Assembly (NCBI GenBank): GCA_016183565.1
Contig: JACPEJ010000001.1
Location: forward strand, 48,196-112,195
Direction: 5' to 3'
DNA: 64,000 nt
Origin: Candidatus Blackburnbacteria bacterium
GTDB taxonomy: Bacteria > Patescibacteriota > Microgenomatia > UBA8517 > UBA10165
Position 1 is the stretch's first letter. Each line of letters opens with the position of its first letter. This document shows positions 35,720 through 43,758 of this stretch, in pieces. The position numbers and the translations under genes are program-made. The notes under the pieces are model-generated. The model was not told the origin of the DNA. It was given only the letters and a program-made list of their open reading frames with translations, and did no database searches.

Positions 35720-37120
35720 TTATACGGAAAGTGTTTTTTTAATCCCCAATAGATCGTCTCTTAATCCACCATTCACCGACAAGTTTTTAGATATCTTTTC
35801 CACAGCGTGTATTACTGTAGTATGATCTTTCCCTCCCACTATTCTTCCCACTTCCTGGAGAGGTAGGCGTAGTTCTATGCGCAGGAGGTACATGAGGACT
35901 TGTCGAGGTAGGGCTACTGTTTGGGCTCTGTTGGTTCCAAGGAGCCTTCTTTTTCCGATTGAGTAGTAGGTTGCAACTGCGTTGATGAAATCTTGAGGAG
36001 AGGTGTGTTTTTTAAAGCCTGAATTTTGTTGTTCTGATGTCCCCAAGAGCTTGTGGACGACTTCTATTGTTATTTCTTCATGAGCGAATTGGGTGTGTGT
36101 GAATAAGCGTGTTATAAATCCTTCTATTTTCCTAGCAGCGTCGATATTTGCAGCTATTGCTTGGGCAATTTCCATGGGGAGTTCGAAGCCTCTTTCTTGG
36201 GCTTTGATTAAAGTTATAGCTGTTCGGAGTTCGAAGTCAGGGGGTGAGATATCAACGATAAGCCCAGCCTCGAACCTGCTTCTTAATCTTTCTTCTAGTT
36301 TTTCTATTTCAGAGGGGGGTTTATCTGAGGTTAGTATTATTTGGCCACCTTCTCTTTGAAGGGTGTTGAATGTGTGGAAGAATTCTTCTTGGACTGCATT
36401 TTTTCCTGCTAAAAATTGAATATCGTCTATCATTAGGAGCTTTAGTTTTCTGTATTTATTTTTAAATGCTATGGTGTTTTTAGTGCGTATGGCGTCTACT
36501 ATTTCTGTTGTGAATTCTTCTCCCATACAGTAAAGAATGGGAAAATCTGGGTTTTTTCTAAGCGCTCTATCTGCTACGGCTAACATTAAGTGAGTTTTTC
36601 CTACCCCTACTCCTCCCCACAGGAACAGGGGGTTGTATGCATGGCCCAAGTTTTCAGAGACTGCTTCGGCTGCTGCCCAGGCCATTTGGTTTGTTCCGGA
36701 AACTGCGAAGTTTTCAAATGTAAAACCAGGTCTTACCCGAGCATACTTGAGTGTGTTACTAAATACTTCTTCTGACGGGACGGGGTTTGTAAATAAGGGT
36801 TCGAGTAAGGTTTCGTTTTTTTTCAAGCCTGGCTTTTGTTTAACCAAGAAGGAGAGGTCGTTTGTTAGTCCGGTTATTTGATTTAGGCTGTCTTGAAGGA
36901 GTCCGAAGTATCTTTTTTCTATTGAATCAGCGATAAAGGGTGATGGGCAACCTATTTCTACAAATTGCCGGTCTTCGCCTAGAGTTTTTGTGGAGTAGAT
37001 GAATGTTTTGGATAGCCATGTTGAAAAGTTTGCGCTTGAGATGGAAACGCGGACGCTTGCTAGAACTTCTTTCCAAATTTTTTCTGTATCCATGGTCGGA
37101 ATGTGTTGCCCGTGCTGCAT
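35720..37120 (-). CDS. dnaA: chromosomal replication initiator DnaA
   Basis: Walker A GGVGVGKTHL, Walker B LLMIDDIQF, C-terminal DNA-binding HTH HTTVIHAVEKI; start may be the ATG at 37090. Confidence 0.95.
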   Translation of the reverse strand: MQHGQHIPTMDTEKIWKEVLASVRVSISSANFSTWLSKTFIYSTKTLGEDRQFVEIGCPSPFIADSIEKRYFGLLQDSLNQITGLTNDLSFLVKQKPGLKKNETLLEPLFTNPVPSEEVFSNTLKYARVRPGFTFENFAVSGTNQMAWAAAEAVSENLGHAYNPLFLWGGVGVGKTHLMLAVADRALRKNPDFPILYCMGEEFTTEIVDAIRTKNTIAFKNKYRKLKLLMIDDIQFLAGKNAVQEEFFHTFNTLQREGGQIILTSDKPPSEIEKLEERLRSRFEAGLIVDISPPDFELRTAITLIKAQERGFELPMEIAQAIAANIDAARKIEGFITRLFTHTQFAHEEITIEVVHKLLGTSEQQNSGFKKHTSPQDFINAVATYYSIGKRRLLGTNRAQTVALPRQVLMYLLRIELRLPLQEVGRIVGGKDHTTVIHAVEKISKNLSVNGGLRDDLLGIKKTLSV

Positions 37121-37210
37121 TCAGCAGGCAAGTGACACGCATATATTAGCGGGCAGGGGTGAAACTTGGGGTTTGACAGGCAACATGGTTTTGGATGTCC
37201 AAGCTACCTG

Positions 37211-37239
37211 CTATTGATAATATTAAGCAGTTATCCACA
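37211..37239. promoter_or_regulatory. oriC-associated perfect DnaA box plus AT-rich stretch upstream of dnaA
   Basis: TTATCCACA at 37231-37239, preceded by ctattgataatattaag; lies between divergent dnaA and rpmH. Confidence 0.6.
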
Positions 37240-37352
37240 GCTGGTCAACACCCATTTTTAGGAAAGTAGCAGATTATTCCATTCTGGAATGGAAAGGTAG
37301 TAAAGGTAGCGTGTGTTTGCATAGAGGGAGTTTGGTGTGTAAAATATTACAC

Positions 37353-37493
37353 ATGGCAACTAAAAGAACTTACCAGCCGAGTAAAACAAGGCGCAGGCGA
37401 AAGGTTGGTTTTCGCGCAAGGCGTGCAACGAGTAATGGAAGAAGGGTACTTAAGAGAAGAACCTTGAAAGGGCGTAAACGTTTAATTGTTTAA
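37353..37493 (+). CDS. rpmH: 50S ribosomal protein L34
   Basis: [36 protein letters not shown]. Confidence 0.9.
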   Translation: MATKRTYQPSKTRRRRKVGFRARRATSNGRRVLKRRTLKGRKRLIV

Positions 37494-37514
37494 CACTCTA
37501 CTCTTTTTTCCTGT

Positions 37515-37856
37515 ATGCTCCCCAAAAAATATCGGTTGACGGACAAAGCAGATTTTGATGTAGTTTTTTCTAAGGGGTGGCGTATAAGTGGGAGATTTTT
37601 CGTGGTTTTAGTTCTTGAGAAGTCTGAGCTTTTCAACTCCTTGTTAGGTATTATTGTTTCTAGTAAAGTATCTAAGAAGGCTGTTGATAGAAACAGGATA
37701 AAGAGGGTTGTTCGAAGTGCACTGGGGCAGTCTATTGTTGAATCGAAAACTTTTTATTTGGTTGTAGTGATTGCGAAGGCAGCTGCAGTTACTGCCCCTT
37801 CGAAATTACTTGAGGAGGAGGCTATTACACTTTTAGGCAAGATTGTGAGGTTTTAA
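37515..37856 (+). CDS. rnpA: RNase P protein component
   Basis: basic 113-aa protein with RLTDKADFDVVFSKG...RNRIKR, in the conserved rpmH-rnpA order. Confidence 0.85.
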   Translation: MLPKKYRLTDKADFDVVFSKGWRISGRFFVVLVLEKSELFNSLLGIIVSSKVSKKAVDRNRIKRVVRSALGQSIVESKTFYLVVVIAKAAAVTAPSKLLEEEAITLLGKIVRF

Positions 37857-38068
37857 TGGTAACTTTTTTGCGATTTTTGATTAGGACTTATCAGTTGGTT
37901 TTTTCAAAAGATGGTGCGCCTTTAAGGTTTGTATTGGGTATAGGAGGCTGTAGGTACTCCCCTACTTGTTCCGAGTATACATATGCGGTTTTAGGAGAGA
38001 AGGGTCTTTTGAGGGGCTTGTGTTTGGCTGTACGACGTGTTTTGAGGTGTAATTCGTTCATGTTTTAA
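37856..38068 (+). CDS. yidD: membrane protein insertion efficiency factor YidD
   Basis: CRYSPTCSEYTYAVL...RRVLRCNSF conserved Cys motif. Confidence 0.8.
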   Translation: MVTFLRFLIRTYQLVFSKDGAPLRFVLGIGGCRYSPTCSEYTYAVLGEKGLLRGLCLAVRRVLRCNSFMF

Positions 38069-38069
38069 A

Positions 38070-38855
38070 ATGTTGCAAACTATTTGGGTGCCGCTTATTA
38101 ATTTGTTGATAGTTTTTTACCATTTGTTCTTTAGTAATTTGGGTTTGGCGATTGTTGCTTTTACTGCTTTTATCAGGCTTCTTCTTGTTCCTCTGACACT
38201 TCCTTCTATGCGTACAATGCAAAAAATGAAAGAACTTGCCCCGGAACTTGAAAAGATAAAGAAGCGACACTCTAATGACAAGAAGAAGCTTATGCAGGCT
38301 CAGGCAGATTTTTATAAAGAGAAAGGTATAAATCCAGCTTCGGGATGTTTACCACAGATTGTTCAGATAGTGATTCTTATTGCATTGTTTAATGGTTTTG
38401 TGAGTGTTTTTGGCGGGAGTGATATTACAGTTCAACTTAATAGTGTTTTATATCCCCCCCTTCGTGTATCTGGCGAAATCAATAAGGTTTTTTTGGGGAA
38501 AGATTTGACTGCGCCGGATGTTGTTAACTTGCCTGGTTTTCCATTTGCTTTGCCTGGGTTGTTTTTGACTTTGGTTGCGGTTGTTCAGTTTTTATCGTCT
38601 AAGATGATGATGCCAGTGGTTGATCAGGCGAAGAAGGTTGCCGCAAAAACCGAGGGAGGTTTTGATGATATAGCAGCTTCTATGCAACAGCAAATGCTTT
38701 ATATGTTTCCCTTGATTACAGTGTTTATTGGATTAAAGTTTTCGTTGGCAATTGTTCTTTATTGGGGGGCTTTTTCTCTTTTTCAAGCTGTTCAGCAATA
38801 TTTTGTTTCTGGTTGGGGTGGGTTGGCTCCTCTTGTACGTCGTATCTCCGGGTAA
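38070..38855 (+). CDS. yidC: membrane protein insertase YidC (short form)
   Basis: LLVPLTLPSMRTMQKMKELAPEL...GCLPQIVQIVILIALF; 5 TM helices. Confidence 0.85.
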   Translation: MLQTIWVPLINLLIVFYHLFFSNLGLAIVAFTAFIRLLLVPLTLPSMRTMQKMKELAPELEKIKKRHSNDKKKLMQAQADFYKEKGINPASGCLPQIVQIVILIALFNGFVSVFGGSDITVQLNSVLYPPLRVSGEINKVFLGKDLTAPDVVNLPGFPFALPGLFLTLVAVVQFLSSKMMMPVVDQAKKVAAKTEGGFDDIAASMQQQMLYMFPLITVFIGLKFSLAIVLYWGAFSLFQAVQQYFVSGWGGLAPLVRRISG

Positions 38856-38898
38856 TTTTTAGTAATAGTTCATATCCACTGACGTAGGGCCAGAAGTA

Positions 38899-40809
38899 CT
38901 AAACCTGCCGAATCGAATAGAAGCCTTTTCCTCTAATCCAGCGATAGGTGCCTTTATTAGTGGCAATCTGTCCTTGCTCTGCCAGCAGCTCGCTGGCAAT
39001 TTTATCATACATGGCTTTTATTACCTCTGGATCTTTCAGCGCTTCTTGCTCTTCTTCAGTTCCTTCAGTCAGAATGATATTCATTCTGTAGGTAAACGCG
39101 CCTATTGCTTTCACCATCCACACATGAGGATCATCCACTCCCTGAAATTTATTGAGAACATACAATGCCTCATCACGTGTTCCCATATCAACTTTCCCGC
39201 CTTGAGTGGCAACGGCTACTACCGCTATTTGCCCTTCTTGTGATACTCCTTCGAATCCACCTGTTGCTCTGGTTATATTGGTTAAGAATTGGAAAGCAAA
39301 GACTTTTTGCTGTGCTGTTTCATCTATTATCCCCCTGGCTCTGATCTCCACCGATGCTGCCTCCCCTGCCTCATAAGCGCTGCGAGCTATGACCTCAGGC
39401 GGCATGGCGGTCTGCTGCAGTTGTTCCACTGATAGTCTAACTGCTTCGGCAACTGGGGCTGGAGCTTGATTAACTACTGCAGTTAGTCTATTAACCACAG
39501 CTATTGGTACTTGAGATCTTTGAAATATCTCAGCAAGTTGTGCTGCCTCGGCTGTACGAGGGGTTACTGCAGCTGGTGGAGTTGGCCTTGGTTCAGGAGT
39601 TGGCGGTGGTGCTGGCCGTGGTGTTGCAGGCGGTGTTGTAGGTTGTTCTGAAACTCTGGGGGTAGGAAACCTTTGAGGCTGTAGAGTAGCTGATGCTGCC
39701 AGAACAGCAGTAGGCGCAGAAACTGGCTCTTCCTTTTTAGCTTCTTGCGTTGGTGTATTGGTTGCTGTTGCAGTAGCAGTTCTGGTCGCTGTTTTTGTTG
39801 CAGTCTGAGTTGCCGTAGCAGTATCTGTTGGGGTGGCTGTTGGAGTGGGGGTTGGGATAGGGGTTTCACTTGGGATGGCTGTGCCAGTTGCTGTGGCAGT
39901 CTTAGATGTTGTGGGTGACGCAGTTTCAGTAGGGGTTGGAGTTCTAGTTGGGGTAGATTCTGGGGTGGGAGTTTTGGTGGGAGTGGCAGATTCGGTTGAT
40001 GTACCAGTGGCTGTAGCAGTTGCAGTCGGAGAAGGAGTTGATGTATCCGCTGGTCTTGATGTCTCAGTCGGCGGGGGTGTTGGGGTATTCGATGGAACAG
40101 GTGAGGGTGTAGTGGTTGACGGTTCTGGTAGGGTTCCCGCGCCTTCTGCGCCAGAAACCGATTCTCCATTCGCTCCACCATAAGCAAGAATGCCTACTAT
40201 CACAGCCGCCGCTAATCCTTTTGCTAAATGTGCTAAATTATTTTTAATGATTCGTGGAGTTCTTCGCCAGGTGTTAGCGATGCATTGAACCGTTCCTTCC
40301 GCTTTTCCCTTAAGCTTCTCAAGAAGATGTGGGTTGAGCTGGAAAAATGGGTTCTGCCCAAGCTTGTCAAAGTTTAAAGACCCATCAGGATTTCTGTCAG
40401 AATCTGTAATATATCCATGTCTGGCGAGGTAGTCTTCCCTTCCCAGCCAGCCCAATTGGGCAGCTTGCGAACGTTTGATCGTAGAAATCAATGACTTTAC
40501 TTGTTGACGGGTCTTTTCATCAACTTCCTCAGTCTGTTCTAAAACAGCGGATGCCTTTTGCGTCACTCGCGCTGCATCGCTATCAGCCGCCTGAGACAAC
40601 CTCTCAAGTGATGCGCGCAGATATGTTTCATTCCTGACCAGACCCACGGCAGCCGAGGCCTTCATAATCTCGTCATCGGTAAGGTTGTAGAAGCGGGGAT
40701 CAACAAACTTTCTATACTCTTCCTTTGCTTGCGCCCGTCGCATCTTGCCCACCGCGCTCAGCATTTGCTGCGTTGGTGTTCTAGGTGCTTGTTCGATTCG
40801 TCGTGACAT
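38899..40809 (-). CDS. membrane-anchored hypothetical protein with long Pro/Thr/Ala-rich linker
   Basis: TM helix near residue 190; ~170 aa of TPTP/TATAT low complexity; overlapping ORFs on both strands are low-complexity artefacts. Confidence 0.5.
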   Translation of the reverse strand: MSRRIEQAPRTPTQQMLSAVGKMRRAQAKEEYRKFVDPRFYNLTDDEIMKASAAVGLVRNETYLRASLERLSQAADSDAARVTQKASAVLEQTEEVDEKTRQQVKSLISTIKRSQAAQLGWLGREDYLARHGYITDSDRNPDGSLNFDKLGQNPFFQLNPHLLEKLKGKAEGTVQCIANTWRRTPRIIKNNLAHLAKGLAAAVIVGILAYGGANGESVSGAEGAGTLPEPSTTTPSPVPSNTPTPPPTETSRPADTSTPSPTATATATGTSTESATPTKTPTPESTPTRTPTPTETASPTTSKTATATGTAIPSETPIPTPTPTATPTDTATATQTATKTATRTATATATNTPTQEAKKEEPVSAPTAVLAASATLQPQRFPTPRVSEQPTTPPATPRPAPPPTPEPRPTPPAAVTPRTAEAAQLAEIFQRSQVPIAVVNRLTAVVNQAPAPVAEAVRLSVEQLQQTAMPPEVIARSAYEAGEAASVEIRARGIIDETAQQKVFAFQFLTNITRATGGFEGVSQEGQIAVVAVATQGGKVDMGTRDEALYVLNKFQGVDDPHVWMVKAIGAFTYRMNIILTEGTEEEQEALKDPEVIKAMYDKIASELLAEQGQIATNKGTYRWIRGKGFYSIRQV

Positions 40810-40812
40810 ATA

Positions 40813-41229
40813 TTACTCTTTTGTACTGCTTACACTAACCATACGTTCGCACTGGTTGATATGTTCCTCCAGTAGAGACAGTGATTGTTGGTAGTTTTGG
40901 TACATCTCCTCTGCTTGTTGCTGAAACTCTTTGATAGTTTGCGGATCTTTTTCCTGGATGATTTCTTGGGCGATAATCTGTAAATCTTGCTGAAAGCGAT
41001 TTCTAAGTATCTCCACAAGCGCAATGACGCTACCAAGCTCTTGTGAAATCTTTGAGCGCTTACTCATGAGGCTCATTGTACACATAATCCCATAAAGGTC
41101 AAATTGGTGTCCTGGTTGTAATAATTCTCGACTACCTTTGATCCCCGTGGCGGAATCTTTTTGTTTTTGGTAAAATACCTTTACATGAATGAAATGCAGT
41201 ATGAAACTCTTATTCAAGAGGTGGCACAA
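40813..41229 (-). CDS. hypothetical protein
   Basis: 138-aa ORF, 3 nt from the upstream gene. Confidence 0.4.
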   Translation of the reverse strand: MCHLLNKSFILHFIHVKVFYQKQKDSATGIKGSRELLQPGHQFDLYGIMCTMSLMSKRSKISQELGSVIALVEILRNRFQQDLQIIAQEIIQEKDPQTIKEFQQQAEEMYQNYQQSLSLLEEHINQCERMVSVSSTKE

Positions 41230-41652
41230 AATTTTCTTGATTTGGTTGGTATAAACGGTGCAGTTCGGGTTTCTGGTGAAGAAGATTCCTATCGGGTGCA
41301 GGTAGAATCTGATGAAGCCGGAATATTGATAGGACGGCGAGGTGAGACTGTGGCTGCTTTACAGTTGGTGATAAAACAAGTTGTGTACAATCGGGTTGGG
41401 AAGAACGTTGATAAATTTCATTTGATTGTTAATGTTGGAGATTGGCAGGAACGGCGTGAGGATGTGTTGCGCTCGCTTGCCATGTCAGCAGTTACAAAGG
41501 TGAAAGCAACCAATGAACCTTGCCATATTTATGATCTTTCTCCTTCGGAGCGGCGGTTTGTGCACATTCTTCTTTCTGAAGACCAGAGTGTTTCTACGGA
41601 ATCAGAAGGTGAAGGACGAGATCGACATTTGGTGGTTAAACCTTGTGAGTGA
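41161..41652 (+). CDS. jag: Jag/KhpB-like KH plus R3H RNA-binding protein
   Basis: KH GILIGRRGETVAALQLV and R3H ERRFVHILL; start ambiguous among 41161, 41185 and 41194. Confidence 0.7.
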   Translation: MFLVKYLYMNEMQYETLIQEVAQNFLDLVGINGAVRVSGEEDSYRVQVESDEAGILIGRRGETVAALQLVIKQVVYNRVGKNVDKFHLIVNVGDWQERREDVLRSLAMSAVTKVKATNEPCHIYDLSPSERRFVHILLSEDQSVSTESEGEGRDRHLVVKPCE

Positions 41653-41886
41653 TTTTTCAGGTGGGTCCTGTCAGGAGCTCCCGAGTCCGACGTCCTCGCT
41701 TAACGCTTCTGGCGCTCGATGGGACTCCTCGTTCGAGTCTGAGCCGATTCGGCCTGAGCTCACTGTCGAAGGACCTGAGGGCTCATCCCTCAGAGTCGAA
41801 GACCTCCCATACTGACACCCACTTCACTTGAAAACTGGATTGTTTTTCGGTTAACGGCTACTATTGTAGTAATATCACTATTTTTC

Positions 41887-43191
41887 ATGGCTATATTCCA
41901 TGTTGTTTTTAAGAACACCTTTTTTCAGGTATTTTCAAAACTTTTTACTCTTGGCCTATCGCTTTTTGTTATTACCCCTCTTCTTACTCGTCATTTAGAA
42001 GAGGGTGGTTATGGTGCATATACACTTGTAACTGCGTTTATTTTGTTTTTTGGTACTCTATCTGATTGGGGTACAAACATTATTGCGGTTCGGGAAGCAG
42101 TTGGTGATAAAGATAAGGGTCGAGTTGTTTTTGGCACCTCGGGCATTCTCCGTTTGTTTTTGTCTTTGATTGGGTTTATTGTTTTAAACATTGTTGTGAG
42201 GATGAATCCGAGTTGGGATTATTTGGTAGGGGTTCTTACGATTGCTTCTTTTGTATTATTGTTTTTATCTATAAAAACAACGGTTGGGATTGTTTTTCAG
42301 ACCTTGCTTAGGTATGAGCTCTTTGCGATTGTGGAAATGGTTTCGACTGTTGTTTTTCTTGTTTTTGTTTTTTTGTCTGTGAGTTTTTTTGGTGGTTTAT
42401 CCCCTATTATTGTGGCTTGGTTGGTTGCTACTGTCGCTGCAAGTTTGATAGGAGTTATATTAGCGCTTCGAATTTCGCGGATAGATTTTTCCTTTGATAA
42501 AAAAATTGCTCGAAGAATTTTGGCGGAGGCGTTTCCAACTGGAGCTCTCTTGATGCTTTTTTCGGTTTACAATCGGATAGATACAATAATTTTGCAAGTA
42601 TTTCAGGGTGATTTTTCGGTTGGCATATATGGTCTTTCTTATAAGGTTTACGATAACTCGGTTATGGGTGCAGCGTTTTTGATGAATGCTGTATTCCCTA
42701 TTATGGCAACCCGGTTTCGTTCTTCCCCAAGAGCGAATTTGCAGAAGTTTTATCAAAAAATTTTTGATGTTCTTTTTATGTTGGGGGTTTTTGTTTTTGG
42801 TGTTATTTTTATTACTGCCCCCTTTGTTGTTGAGATGCTGGGACGAGGAGGTTTTAAGGACTCGGTGGGTGTGTTGCAAATTCTTTCTGTTGCAGTGATG
42901 TTTGCATATCTTAATCATTTGACAGGGTATTCGCTTATTGCTTTAGGAAAGCAACGAGTTTCTCTTGTTATTGCTTTGGTTGCGTTATTGTTTAATGTTT
43001 TGCTTAATTTGATTTTTATTCCAAGTTACTCATACAATGCTGCTGCAATTATTACCATTGCTACAGAGGGTTTGATTTTGGTATTATCGACAATTGCTGT
43101 TTGGAAAACTATTGGGGTTGTTCCCCGCTTACTCTCTTTTCCAACGACTGCTGTTTTTATATTACGATCTAAGAATAATTTTCTAAAATGA
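41887..43191 (+). CDS. MOP-superfamily flippase (MurJ/Wzx-like polysaccharide biosynthesis protein)
   Basis: 434 aa, ~14 TM helices; typical length and topology. Confidence 0.65.
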   Translation: MAIFHVVFKNTFFQVFSKLFTLGLSLFVITPLLTRHLEEGGYGAYTLVTAFILFFGTLSDWGTNIIAVREAVGDKDKGRVVFGTSGILRLFLSLIGFIVLNIVVRMNPSWDYLVGVLTIASFVLLFLSIKTTVGIVFQTLLRYELFAIVEMVSTVVFLVFVFLSVSFFGGLSPIIVAWLVATVAASLIGVILALRISRIDFSFDKKIARRILAEAFPTGALLMLFSVYNRIDTIILQVFQGDFSVGIYGLSYKVYDNSVMGAAFLMNAVFPIMATRFRSSPRANLQKFYQKIFDVLFMLGVFVFGVIFITAPFVVEMLGRGGFKDSVGVLQILSVAVMFAYLNHLTGYSLIALGKQRVSLVIALVALLFNVLLNLIFIPSYSYNAAAIITIATEGLILVLSTIAVWKTIGVVPRLLSFPTTAVFILRSKNNFLK

Positions 43192-43604
43192 TGAGTTTAA
43201 ATTTGCGTGTTTTTTGTGATGGCGGGGCTAGGGGCAACCCGGGTCCTGCTGCCAGTGCGTTTGTTGTAATGGATGGGGAGAATGTTTTAACAAATGGAGG
43301 AAAATATTTGGGATATGCTACTAATAATGTTGCAGAGTATAGTGCTGTTATTTTTGCACTGGAATGGTTGGTTTCTCATGCGGAAGGCGCGGAACGCATC
43401 TCGTTTTTTTTGGATTCACAGTTGATTGTTAAGCAGCTTTCAGGTGAGTTTCGGATAAAGGACCAGAAACTTTTAGGTCTTGTTTTGGCTCTACGCAAAA
43501 TAGAGCGGCAGCTTGGGGTACCCATATCTTATCAGCATATTCCCCGTTCTCAGAATAAATTGGCTGATGCATTGGTGAACAAGATTTTGGATGAGAACAG
43601 ATAA
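43188..43604 (+). CDS. rnhA: RNase H (type 1) family protein
   Basis: VFCDGGARGNPGPAA, NNVAEYSAVIFAL and DSQLIVKQL catalytic DEDD region. Confidence 0.8.
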   Translation: MMSLNLRVFCDGGARGNPGPAASAFVVMDGENVLTNGGKYLGYATNNVAEYSAVIFALEWLVSHAEGAERISFFLDSQLIVKQLSGEFRIKDQKLLGLVLALRKIERQLGVPISYQHIPRSQNKLADALVNKILDENR

Positions 43605-43616
43605 CTTGTGTAAAAT

Positions 43617-43651
43617 GAGACTGGAGAAGCTGTTTTGAAACAGCTTTATAG
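43617..43651. repeat. 35-nt conserved hairpin element, copy 2
   Basis: gagactggagaagctgttttgaaacagctttatag; both copies are preceded by an ATG giving the identical mini-ORF MRLEKLF. Confidence 0.75.
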
Positions 43652-43758
43652 ATCTCTGTCAAATTCGTCTAATCTTTCACATCGTGGAGATTCCACTTTT
43701 GGTTTTTTACACAACTTGGGTTGGGGTGGGGAAGTGGTGATACAAGTGGTATTTTCGG

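Noticed and set aside
39564-40187. ORFs on both strands (207 aa minus; 116 aa plus at 39833..40183) inside the 636-aa gene
   Set aside because: They overlap the Pro/Thr/Ala low-complexity linker of the larger gene and are frame artefacts of repetitive codons.
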